Assembly: GCA_023150455.1 (NCBI GenBank)
Contig: JAKLKW010000028.1
Span: forward strand, 1,671-65,670
Length of the DNA stretch: 64,000 nucleotides
Direction of reading: 5' to 3'
Source of the DNA: Alphaproteobacteria bacterium
GTDB taxonomy: Bacteria; Pseudomonadota; Alphaproteobacteria; JAEULC01
How positions within the stretch are numbered: the first letter of the stretch is position 1; every line of letters starts with the position of its first letter. This document shows positions 20,317 to 29,441 of this stretch, piece by piece. Position numbers and translations under genes: made by a program. The notes under the pieces were generated by a model that worked only from the letters and a program-made list of their open reading frames with translations, ran no database searches and was not told the origin of the DNA.

Positions 20317-21318
20317 CTACATCACCTGGAAGCCGTGCTTGTACGGGTCGCGGTCGTCGACGAAGATCGTGTTGATGCCGGTGACGCGCGCCCAGCCGCC
20401 GATCGAGGGCTTGATCGCGGCGTGGTTGCCGATCGTCGTGGTGTCCTCGACGCGGCCGTGGAACAGGCTGCCGATGATGCTCTCGTGCACGAAGTCGTCG
20501 CCCTTCCTGAGCTTGCCCTTGGCGGCGAGCTGGGCCATGCGCGCGGAGGTGCCGGTGCCGCACGGGCTGCGGTCGATCGCCTTCTCGCCGTAGAACACGG
20601 CGTTGCGCGCATGCGCACCCTTGGCGCGCGGCTTGCCGGTCCACAGGATGTGGCTGACGCCCCTGATGGTCGGGTCGTCCGGGTGCTGCGGCTGGACGAC
20701 CTTGTTGAGCTCGCGCCTGAGGATCGGGCTGAGCCGGATCACGTCGCCCGCCGTCATGTCGGCGAGGTCGGTATAGTTCTTCTGCGGACCGACGATGGCG
20801 TAGAAATTGCCGCCGTAGGAGATGTCGACGACGATCTCGCCCAGGCCGGGGCAGTCGACCTTGACGTCGGTCATGGCGAGGTAGCTGGCGACGTTGTGGA
20901 TGCGCACCTCCTCGACGAAGCGCCCGTCGCGTTTCACGTAGGCGGTCACCACGCCGGCCGGCGTGTCGAGCATCAGCTTCGACGGGTCGCGCGGGTTGAC
21001 GAGGCCGTGCTCGAGCGCCGTCGTCACCGTGCCGATCGTGCCGTGGCCGCACATCGGCAGGCAGCCCGAGACCTCGATGAACAGGATGCCGACGTCGCAG
21101 TCCTCGCGCGTGGGCGGATAGAGGATCGAGCCCGACATCACGTCGTGTCCGCGCGGCTCGAACATCAGCGCCGTGCGCACCCAGTCGTAGTGCTTGAGGA
21201 AGTACTGGCGCCGCTCGCTCATCGTCCTGCCCTGGAGCTGCGGCCCGCCGCCGGCGACCACGCGCACCGGGCAGCCGCAGGTGTGTCCGTCGATGCAGAG
21301 ATAGGTGTTGGAGGCCAT
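20317..21318 (-). CDS. Proline racemase family enzyme, 4-hydroxyproline 2-epimerase-like (Cys/Cys catalytic pair)
   Basis: Trimmed to ATG 21318. Catalytic motifs LPMCGHG and DRSPCGTGTSA. 333 aa. Confidence 0.85.
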   Translation of the reverse strand: MASNTYLCIDGHTCGCPVRVVAGGGPQLQGRTMSERRQYFLKHYDWVRTALMFEPRGHDVMSGSILYPPTREDCDVGILFIEVSGCLPMCGHGTIGTVTTALEHGLVNPRDPSKLMLDTPAGVVTAYVKRDGRFVEEVRIHNVASYLAMTDVKVDCPGLGEIVVDISYGGNFYAIVGPQKNYTDLADMTAGDVIRLSPILRRELNKVVQPQHPDDPTIRGVSHILWTGKPRAKGAHARNAVFYGEKAIDRSPCGTGTSARMAQLAAKGKLRKGDDFVHESIIGSLFHGRVEDTTTIGNHAAIKPSIGGWARVTGINTIFVDDRDPYKHGFQVM

Positions 21319-21477
21319 GGAGCTCACGTTGCTGGTCGTTCTTGGGCGACGCAATCTAGCGCCTCGTCTTGAGCCTGTCTAAGTCGTCGGCGAGCCGCAC
21401 GATGGGCCGCCGACTTGCCTTGATGGCTGGTTCGGCCTTGTGTATATTCAATGTAGACACACCACCGGGAAACAGGG

Positions 21478-21711
21478 ATGCGCGCGAGAATTTCGAAATG
21501 GGGCAACAGCCTGGCCGTCCGTCTGCCACGCGCGTTGACGGAGCAAGTCGGCCTGAAGGAGGGCGGCGCGGTCGAAATCGTCGCCAACGACGACGCGATC
21601 GTGCTGCGCAAGCCGGCCTACACGCTCGACGACCTTGTCGCTCAGATCACGCCGGAGAACCTTCACAGTGAAACCGATTGGGGCAAGCCCCGCGGGCGTG
21701 AGGTATGGTGA
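21478..21711 (+). CDS. mazE: MazE/AbrB-type antitoxin (SpoVT-AbrB domain)
   Basis: MRARISKWGNSLAVRLPRAL is the canonical looped-hinge-helix N-terminus. It overlaps mazF by 7 nt. Confidence 0.85.
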   Translation: MRARISKWGNSLAVRLPRALTEQVGLKEGGAVEIVANDDAIVLRKPAYTLDDLVAQITPENLHSETDWGKPRGREVW

Positions 21712-22052
21712 GACGGCGATCGAGTGCTCTTCCTCCGGACCGGGGCGATCTGATCTGGCTCGAGTTCGACCCTCAGGCCGGTCGGGAACAGGCCGGACAC
21801 CGCCCAGCCCTGGTGCTCTCGCGCAAGGACTACAACGAACGCACCGGCCTCGCCATCGTGTGCCCGATCACAGGGCAGGTGAAGGGATATCCGTTTGAGG
21901 TTGTCCTTCCGGCCGCGATGAAGGTCGGCGGTGTCGTCCTCGCCGATCACGTGAGGAGCGTTGATTGGCACGCCCGACAAGCGACGCGGGCCGGCCGCGC
22001 ACCAGAAGCTCTATTGGCCGAGGTCAGAGCCAAACTCTCGCTGCTGATTTGA
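21705..22052 (+). CDS. mazF: MazF/PemK-family endoribonuclease toxin
   Basis: PDRGDLIWLEFDPQAGREQAGHRPALVLS...GLAIVCPITGQVKGYPFEV is the canonical PemK/MazF signature. Confidence 0.9.
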   Translation: MVRRRSSALPPDRGDLIWLEFDPQAGREQAGHRPALVLSRKDYNERTGLAIVCPITGQVKGYPFEVVLPAAMKVGGVVLADHVRSVDWHARQATRAGRAPEALLAEVRAKLSLLI

Positions 22053-22056
22053 CCCG

Positions 22057-23088
22057 TTAGACCTGCGCCCGCGGCGCGTCGCCGATGCGGAAGCCTTCCG
22101 GCAGCGGGTCGGCCGGGTCGAGCACGAAATGGTGGAAGCCGGTGATGTAGGCGCGGCCGGTAACGCGCGGCCGCACATAGGTGATGCCGTTGCGCTTCTC
22201 GGCCTTGACCGCCGCGCCGGTGAAATACGTGCCCAGCACGCCTTCGAACTTGCGCGGCTGGTCGAGGCCGATCTCGCCGCGCGTGTAGAGCAGCGCGACC
22301 CGGGCCGAGGTGCCGGTCCCGCAGGGGCTGCGGTCGAGCGAGCCGGGCGGGCAGAGGATGGTCTGCTTGTAGTCGCCGGTCGTCTTCTTCGCCGAGGTGA
22401 ACAGCACCTGGTAGCAGACGTCGATGTCCGGCCGCTCCGGATGGACGGTCTCGAGCTGCCGGCCGACGGCCGCGCGGATGCGCCGCCACGCGTCGATCAG
22501 CCTGGCGTCGTTGTGCGGCGTGAGCTCCAGCCCGAGGCGGTCGGCGTCGACGAAGGCGTAGAAATCGCCGCCATAGGCGATGCTGACCTCGGTCTTGCCG
22601 ATGCCCTCGACCTCGATGGCGGCGCGGTCGTGCAGCACGAAGCTGTCGACGTTGTCGAAGCCGACCGACTGCACCTGGCCGTCCTTCACCGCCACGTCGC
22701 AGACGACCTGGCCGGCCGGCGTGTCGAACATCACCGTGGTGACGGGCTCGCGCCGCGCGACCATGCCGGTGGCGACGACGGTCGTGGCCGTGCCGATGAT
22801 GCAGTGGCCGCACATGGGCACGTATTCGTCCTGCTCCATGATGACGGCGGCGAAGTCGCTGTCCTTGCGCTCGGGCGGCAGCAGCAGGACCGAGCACATC
22901 ATGCCGCTGCCGCGCGGCTCGAAGTTGAGCAGGCGGCGCAGCCCGTCGTCGTTGGCCATCAGCCAGGCGCGCTTTTCCAACAGGCTCGTGCCCGGCGGCA
23001 CCTTGACGCCGCCGACGATGACGCGGGTCGGGTTGCCCTCGGTATGCGAGTCGACCGTGTGGATGCTGCGGGTGAAGGCCGTGCTCAC
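22057..23088 (-). CDS. Second proline racemase family enzyme (Cys/Cys pair; racemase/epimerase type)
   Basis: GTG start at 23088 is preceded by GGAGGA and overlaps the upstream stop (GTGA). Motifs VPMCGHC and DRSPCGTGTSA. 343 aa. Confidence 0.85.
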   Translation of the reverse strand: MSTAFTRSIHTVDSHTEGNPTRVIVGGVKVPPGTSLLEKRAWLMANDDGLRRLLNFEPRGSGMMCSVLLLPPERKDSDFAAVIMEQDEYVPMCGHCIIGTATTVVATGMVARREPVTTVMFDTPAGQVVCDVAVKDGQVQSVGFDNVDSFVLHDRAAIEVEGIGKTEVSIAYGGDFYAFVDADRLGLELTPHNDARLIDAWRRIRAAVGRQLETVHPERPDIDVCYQVLFTSAKKTTGDYKQTILCPPGSLDRSPCGTGTSARVALLYTRGEIGLDQPRKFEGVLGTYFTGAAVKAEKRNGITYVRPRVTGRAYITGFHHFVLDPADPLPEGFRIGDAPRAQV

Positions 23089-23372
23089 GCGGTGTTTCCT
23101 CCGGTTGCGGCGTTCCCGTCGAGCGGGCGCGTATCGACCGACTCGCCCCCCTTCGGGATGCAAAGGCATGCGGCGCGGACCTGGCCGTCGACGCGCACGA
23201 GGCAGCGCTGGCACTGGCCGATGGCGCAGTGGAAGTCGGCGGCGGCGCCGGGCGTGCCGGCGACGAGCAGCGCCACCAGCAGCGAGGAGCCGCGCGGCAG
23301 CTCGACGCGTGCGCCGTCGACGCTGACCGCCACCGTGTCGATTCCCTCCGCCAAGCGGCGATAGCGCATCAT
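23085..23372 (-). CDS. Small (2Fe-2S)-binding subunit (HcnA/OoxA-N/gamma-subunit-like)
   Basis: 95 aa with the Cys cluster CAIGQCQRC...C.C. ATGA overlap with the upstream gene and GTGA overlap with the downstream gene. Confidence 0.75.
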   Translation of the reverse strand: MMRYRRLAEGIDTVAVSVDGARVELPRGSSLLVALLVAGTPGAAADFHCAIGQCQRCLVRVDGQVRAACLCIPKGGESVDTRPLDGNAATGGNTA

Positions 23373-24514
23373 TGCAGGAACCGCTTCGGGTCGCAGGCGC
23401 GGGCGAAGGGCGAGCCCTTGCCTGCCAGGAGCGCCGCGACCATGGCGCCGGTCGCGCCGGCAAGCCCGTGGCCGGTGCCTTCGTGGCCGGTCGCGACGTA
23501 GAGCCGTTGATGGGCGTCGACCGCGCCGATCACCGGCAGCCCGTCCGGCACGCAGGGACGAAGTCCCGCATAGCCGCGGATCGCCCGCAGCGCCTTCAAG
23601 CCCGGCACGAAGGCGACGCAGTCGCGCATGATGCGCGCCAGCACGTCCATGTCGACCGAGAGGTCGAGCCCGACGAACTGGCGCGAGCTGCCGCACAGGA
23701 TGGTGCCCGACCGCGTGGCCTCGACGATGGCGGCGGTCTGCGGGCGCGGGTCGTCCGGGTCGATCTCCTCCACCAGGTCGTTGTAGGCGAAGTCGGCGAT
23801 CTTGGTGCGCACGACGAGGTCGGAGCGCTCGATGACGCAGATCTGCCCCTTGCGCGGCAGGACCGGCAGGCGGATGCCGAGCGGCGCGAGCAGGGCAGGG
23901 GTCCACACGCCGGTGCACAGCACGAGCCGGTCGCAGGCGACGGTCGGCGCCGAGCGGAAGCGCAGCGAAACGCCGGCCGCCGACGGCTCGATCGACGACA
24001 GCTCGTCGTAGAGCCGGTACGCGACGCCGCGCGCGCGCAGGTGCCGCGCGATCTGGTAGCAGGCGAGCATCGGCTGCACCTGCCGGTCGTCCGGCCACCA
24101 GCCGACCGCCGCCACCTCGGGATGCAGCGCCGGCTCGACGCGGTGGATGTCGTCGGGCTTCAGCATGCCGGCCTCGATGCCGTGGCGCGCATGCTCCTCG
24201 ACGTGGCGCCGCAGGCCGGGCTCGCGCCGCGGGTCGAGCGTCGCCAGCGTGGCGCCCTTGCGGTCGTACTCGCAGTGATTGCCCAGCGCGGCGATCATCG
24301 CGTCCCAGTGCCGGAAGCTGTCGACGGTCATGTCGAACAGCAGGCCCGGCGACTTGTCGGAGATCAGCAGGTTGCCGTCGGACGCGCGCGACGTGCCGGC
24401 GGCGAGGCCGTTGCGGTCGACCACCAGCAGCTTGAACCCGGCGTCGGCCAGGTGCAGCGCGGTGAAGCTGCCGATGATGCCGGTGCCGATGACGACGATG
24501 TCGTAGCTAGCCAC
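23369..24514 (-). CDS. FAD-dependent oxidoreductase (DAO family; beta-subunit-like)
   Basis: N-terminal dinucleotide motif YDIVVIGTGIIGS. 381 aa with a DAO-type C-terminus (GHEGTGHGLAG). Confidence 0.85.
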   Translation of the reverse strand: MASYDIVVIGTGIIGSFTALHLADAGFKLLVVDRNGLAAGTSRASDGNLLISDKSPGLLFDMTVDSFRHWDAMIAALGNHCEYDRKGATLATLDPRREPGLRRHVEEHARHGIEAGMLKPDDIHRVEPALHPEVAAVGWWPDDRQVQPMLACYQIARHLRARGVAYRLYDELSSIEPSAAGVSLRFRSAPTVACDRLVLCTGVWTPALLAPLGIRLPVLPRKGQICVIERSDLVVRTKIADFAYNDLVEEIDPDDPRPQTAAIVEATRSGTILCGSSRQFVGLDLSVDMDVLARIMRDCVAFVPGLKALRAIRGYAGLRPCVPDGLPVIGAVDAHQRLYVATGHEGTGHGLAGATGAMVAALLAGKGSPFARACDPKRFLQ

Positions 24515-25769
24515 CGATCAGCTCCCGCACGGCGAGCGGGCGCGCGAGCACCTTCTGCGTCAGGGCCGAGCGCGGCGCCGTGCCGCCCTCGGCGACCAGG
24601 CGGCCGACCAGCGGCTCGCAATAGCGGCCCTGGCACGGGCCCATGCCGCAGCGCGTGACGATCTTGATCGAGGACAGGTCCTCGAGCCCGTCGGCGACCG
24701 CCTGGCGCACCCTGGCCACCGGCACGCGCTCGCAGGCGCAGGCCCAGCCGTCGTCGTCGAGGCGCGGCTCGCGCGACGTGGCCGCTTCTTCCAGGGCCTG
24801 CCCGAACCGCGTCAGCCCCAGGGCCTGCGCGCGCAGCGCTGCCAGGCCGTAGCGCTCCGGCGCCGGCGTGCCGCGCTCGGCGAGCCAGGCAAGCGCGGCG
24901 ATCAGCCCGCTATGGCGCGCGTGCGGCCCGCCGCGCACGCCGGCGCCTTCGCCGCACACGAAGATGCCGGGCACGTCGCTGCGATAATCCGCATCGACCC
25001 GGGTATGGAAATACCGCCCCGTGGCCGACCACGCCTGGGTGCAGCCGGCGCTGCGCGCGAGCTGCGTCTGCGGCGCGAACCAGTCGCTGATGCCGACATG
25101 GTCGAAGTCGTAGCGCGTGCCGTCGTCGAGCACGGCGTCACGCGCGCCGAGCGCGACGACGCGGTGGCCGAACCGCAGCGCCACGCCGGCCCGGTGCAGG
25201 CGGCGCTGCACGTCGATCATCATCTTGACGTTGGCCGGGACGGCCATGGCGCGCGGCAGCAGGTTGACATAGGCGCGGCGGGGCAGGGCGTCGACCACCG
25301 CCACGACGGCGACGCCGGCGGCGACCAGGTCGGCGGCAACGACGTGCAGGAACGGTCCGGCGCCGCAGATCAGCACGCGCCCCTCGGGCACGACGCCCTG
25401 GCCCTTGAGCAAGGCCTGCAGCGCGCCTGCCGATGTCCAGCTGGCGAAGCGGCCCGGCCGCGGCAGCATGCCGTCATAGGCGCCGGCGCACAGGAACACC
25501 GCCTCGTAGCCCTGTCGGCGGATGGCGGCGCCGTCGTCCCATTCGACGCTGCGGTCGTTGGAGACGCGAAGCACGCGGCGGCCGCCGCGATAGTCGCAGA
25601 GCGGCACCTCTTCCGGCGGCAGCGCGGGCGCATCGAAGCGGCGCCGGCCGATATTGCCGCCGGCGCGCGGCTGCTCGTCGTAGAGCGCATGGGCGATACC
25701 GGCCGCCGACAGCACCTCGCTGACGGCGGCGCCGGCCGGCCCGGCGCCGACGATGGCCGCGCGCGTCAT
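24507..25769 (-). CDS. NAD(P)/FAD-dependent oxidoreductase with a C-terminal BFD-like [2Fe-2S] domain (HcnB/OoxA/alpha-subunit-like)
   Basis: Trimmed to ATG 25769 (ATGA overlap with the CMD gene). AAIVGAGPAGAA and ICGAGPFLH dinucleotide motifs. C-terminal CACERV...CGMGPCQGRYC. Confidence 0.85.
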   Translation of the reverse strand: MTRAAIVGAGPAGAAVSEVLSAAGIAHALYDEQPRAGGNIGRRRFDAPALPPEEVPLCDYRGGRRVLRVSNDRSVEWDDGAAIRRQGYEAVFLCAGAYDGMLPRPGRFASWTSAGALQALLKGQGVVPEGRVLICGAGPFLHVVAADLVAAGVAVVAVVDALPRRAYVNLLPRAMAVPANVKMMIDVQRRLHRAGVALRFGHRVVALGARDAVLDDGTRYDFDHVGISDWFAPQTQLARSAGCTQAWSATGRYFHTRVDADYRSDVPGIFVCGEGAGVRGGPHARHSGLIAALAWLAERGTPAPERYGLAALRAQALGLTRFGQALEEAATSREPRLDDDGWACACERVPVARVRQAVADGLEDLSSIKIVTRCGMGPCQGRYCEPLVGRLVAEGGTAPRSALTQKVLARPLAVRELIGG

Positions 25770-26167
25770 GGCGTCTGCTTGAACCGTTCGTCCACCTCGA
25801 CCTGGTAGCCGTTGGCGAGCCGGTTGGTCTCGTTGGCCATGCCGACGACCGCCATCAGCTCGCCCAGCATCGCCTCGGTCATGCCGGCCTTGCGCGCCGC
25901 CGCCGTGTGCGAGCGGATGCAGTACTCGCAGTTGTTGGTCGTGCTCACGGCGAGATAGACCATCTCCTTCACCAGCGGGTCGAGCGCGCCGGGCGCCATC
26001 ACCTCCTTGACGCTCTCCCAGGTGCGCTTCAGCGTCGGCGGATGGTGCGCCAGCGTCAGCCAGAAATTGTTGATCCAGTCGGTCTTGCGCGTCGTCATGA
26101 TGTCGTCGTAGACGGCGCGCACGGCGGGCGAGGCGTCGGCATAGGGCACGGGCTTGACGGTGGGCAT
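25766..26167 (-). CDS. Carboxymuconolactone decarboxylase (AhpD-like) family protein
   Basis: 133 aa with the CxxC motif NNCEYCIRSH, typical of the CMD/AhpD fold. Confidence 0.8.
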   Translation of the reverse strand: MPTVKPVPYADASPAVRAVYDDIMTTRKTDWINNFWLTLAHHPPTLKRTWESVKEVMAPGALDPLVKEMVYLAVSTTNNCEYCIRSHTAAARKAGMTEAMLGELMAVVGMANETNRLANGYQVEVDERFKQTP

Positions 26168-26722
26168 GGCGGGCGAGCCCCTGTGGGTTCAAGGAGCCTG
26201 GACTTAAGCCGAACTCGCGGGCGACGCCAAGGGGGCGAAAGGCCGTTACTATAATGAACCGCGTCCGGATGAATGCTGCTTGGGTCATGCAGATCGGCAA
26301 TGGCGCTTGTCCGCTCAGACGGAAACCACTTACGAATTCGCATGGGATGCCGCCCAGGCGCTCGCGCTCCGCCGCATGATTGCGGTTTCCTTCAGTCGTT
26401 GCCCTTCGCATGGTGCGGGTGATGATTGCGGCCGTTGTCCTAACGCTTTGTGAGTTTCCTCGACTTGGCTGTCAGGAAGTCGAAATTGGCCTCCGGCTCG
26501 ACGGAAAGGGCCTGTTGGAGGATTTCCCGATGCTCGGCTTCAGCCAAACGTCCGTTTGGGCGGGGCGTCGCTGCGGCGACGGTGAGGGCAGCCAGCACGA
26601 GTCTCGCGTGCAAGGCCGGGCCGGCTGCCTGGTCATGATCGCCGAGTCGATCGGCGAGTGGCCGCTCACGTCGTCGGATCGCCGCTAGGCGGCTTTCCGA
26701 CCAGGCCCGAGGGAGGCGGCGC

Positions 26723-29018
26723 CTATGCCGCGCGCACCGTGTGGATGAACATGTCGACTTCCTCGCGCAGCTGGTCGGCGATGCGGGTCAGCGCGGCGGC
26801 CGCCTGCTCCATCTGCACGGCGGCGCTGCCGGTTTCCTCGACGGCGCCGGTCACGCCGGCGATGTTGCGGTCGAGTTCGTGGCTGCTGGCCGAGGCGTCC
26901 TGGACGTTGCGGCTGATCTCCTTGGTCGCGGCGCTCTGCTCCTCGACCGCCGAGGCCACGCCGGCGGCGATCGTGTTGATCTCCGCGATCGTGCCGGCGA
27001 TGGCGCGGATCTCCTTGACCGCACCGCCGGTGGTCGACTGGATGCCCTGGATCTGGCGCGAGATGTCCTCGGTCGCCTTGGCGGTCTGGTTGGCCAGCGA
27101 CTTGACCTCCGAGGCCACCACCGCGAAGCCCTTGCCGGCCTCGCCGGCGCGCGCGGCCTCGATGGTCGCGTTGAGCGCGAGCAGGTTGGTCTGGCCGGCG
27201 ACCGCGTTGATGAGGCCGACCACCTGGCCGATCTTCTCGGCCGCCTCGCTCAGGCTCTGCACGGTGGCGTTGGTGCGTCCGGCCTGATCGGCCGCCTCGC
27301 GCGCCATGCCGCTGGAGTGCGCGACCTGCCGGCTGATCTCCTGGATCGACGCCGCCAGCTCCTCGGTCGCCGTGGCGGCGCCCTGGACGTTGGCCGATGC
27401 CTGCTCGCAGGCGCCGGCGGCGGCCTTGGCCTGCGTGCTGGTACGCTCGGCGCTGCCGGTCAGCGCGCGCGCCGTGCCGTGCATCTCGGCGGCGGAGCGG
27501 GTCAGCGTATCGACCACCGCCTTCACGCTGCTCTCGAACGCGTCGGCCATCGCCTGCAGCTGCTCCTTGCGGCGACGCTCGGCCTGTTCGGCCAGGGCGC
27601 GACGCTCTTCCTCGGCCTTGCGGCGGCTGGTCTCCTCGGCCGCGCGCGCCTGCTCCTCGAGCCGGCGCTTCTCCTCCGCGGCCCGACGCTCTTCCTCGGC
27701 CTTCTCGCGCTGGCGCTCGTCCTCGCGCCGGCGCGCCTCCTCCGCCTCGGCCTGCAGGCGCTCGTTCTCCTGGCCGGAGTTCTTGAACACCTCGACCGCC
27801 CGGGCCATGCGACCGATCTCGTCGCGCCGCTCCGTCGACGGCACGGCGACCGACCAGTCCTTCTCGGCCAGCCCGCCCATGGCCTTCGTCAGCCCCGCCA
27901 GCGGGTGCACGACGCCGCGATAGACGATCGAATAGGTCACGAACAGCGCCACCAGCACGCTCGCGATCGACAGGTAGGCCTGGACCTGCTTGCTCGACTC
28001 GATCGTCTCCTCGAGGCGGCCGACCGTCACCATGCTCTGGGTCTCCGCCGTGCTGACATCGCTCGACAACTCGCTGTCGAGCTGCTCGGCGATCTTCGAG
28101 GCCGCCTGCAGCGCCTTGATCGCCATGTCGGCGGACGAAAGCTCCTTGCGGCGGAGCGCCGGCAGGCCCGTATCGGCACTGCCGAGGGCGAGGATCTGCT
28201 GCGTCGCCGCACCGAGCTCCTTCGCCGTCTTCGCGTCGACCTTCTCCAGCCCCGCGACCGCCTTGCGGATGCGCCCGGTCGTGGCGACGAACCGGTCCTG
28301 CAAAGGCACGAGCTGCTCCGGACGCTCGGCCTGGGCGATCTCGTTCAGCACCCCGGCCAGATAGTTGACCTCGGCGACGAGGGTCCACAGGCCCTGCACC
28401 ACCGAGAACTGCACGTCGCCCAGCGTCTTCAGCGACTTGGCGATCGCCTCGGGCGTCGCCTTCTGGTCGACGTCGGTCAGGCCCATCGTCATGTCGAACA
28501 CGGCGTTGTCGACCATGGGCGCGACCTTCTGGATGAAGCTCTCGCGCTCCTTGACGATGACCGCCGAGGCTTGGATGCGCGCCTCCGCCGCCTCCAGGCG
28601 GCTCGTCACCGCCTTGTCGAGCGTCGACAGTTCCTGCGACAGGTTGTCGACCGTCTGGCTGACGCCGGCGGCGCGGTCCTTCTCGATCAGTCCCGAGGCG
28701 GAAACCGTGTCCAGGTCGGCGCGCAGCTGGTCCTGCATCTGCTTCAGGCGCGCGAGCTCGCCCTGGCGCTCCTGCTGCGAGCGCACCGCCGCCAGCAGCG
28801 GCGCCGCCGCGCTCACCGTCGCGGCCTGGCGCGACATGGTCAGCACCGATACGACCGCGGGCATGGCCTGGCGGCTGATCCGCTCGACCGAGGTGTCGAC
28901 GGCCCGGTAGGAGAACCAGGCGACCGCCGCCGATCCGATCGTGAACGCCGCGACCACGGCCCGATCCGATCGTGAACGCCGCGACCACGGCGAACGACAG
29001 ATACAGCTTGTAGCGCAT
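26723..29018 (-). pseudogene. Methyl-accepting chemotaxis protein whose 5' end is frameshifted by a 31-bp tandem duplication
   Basis: C-terminal signalling domain: [36 protein letters not shown] domain and two TM segments are present. ATG 29018 ([19 protein letters not shown]) leaves the MCP frame after the first repeat copy. The MCP frame is open only back to a TTG at 29023. Confidence 0.7.
28930..28991. repeat. Perfect 31-bp tandem duplication (ccgatccgatcgtgaacgccgcgaccacggc x2)
   Basis: Read directly: 28930..28960 and 28961..28991 are identical. The unit length is not a multiple of 3. Confidence 0.97.
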
Positions 29019-29213
29019 GGCAATGTTCACGCCGGGCAGGCGCGGCATCCAGGAAGGACGCGGCAGCTTGGGCATCCGGGCCATGAGGGCGGTCTTCGAC
29101 GGGCGCATGGATTCAACCTCTTCGTTGCTGGCGGACCGTGGCCCCGGCCCCGGTGCCGGCCGGGGCCACGGTCGCGCTGTCTGCTCGGATATGCCGACCA
29201 GGCGCCGGCGGCC

Positions 29214-29441
29214 TCAACTGCCGGTCGCCGTCAGCTGCTTCACGGCCTTGAACGTGCCGTCCTTCTGCAGCACCGTGACGAACACTTCGTCCATGCCCTG
29301 GTTGTCGTCGGCGCCGAAGGTGATCTTGTCCGCCGCCACGCCGGGGTCGGCGGCCTGGGCGGCGAACGGCAGAGTGAAGCTGAAGGCGAGAGCGATGGCG
29401 CTCTTTCTGATTATCGGGGGCATCATACCTCTCCGGATCAC
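29214..29441 (-). CDS. Hypothetical small secreted protein
   Basis: 75 aa with the signal peptide ...SAIALAFSFTLPFAAQA. Alternative starts lie at Met6/Met7. Confidence 0.5.
   Translation of the reverse strand: MIRRGMMPPIIRKSAIALAFSFTLPFAAQAADPGVAADKITFGADDNQGMDEVFVTVLQKDGTFKAVKQLTATGS

Noticed and set aside
29138-29170. Hairpin cgtggccccggc…gccggggccacg as an intrinsic terminator for the small secreted-protein gene.
   Set aside because: The stem is good, but no U-tract follows on the relevant (minus) strand, so the terminator call is not supported.
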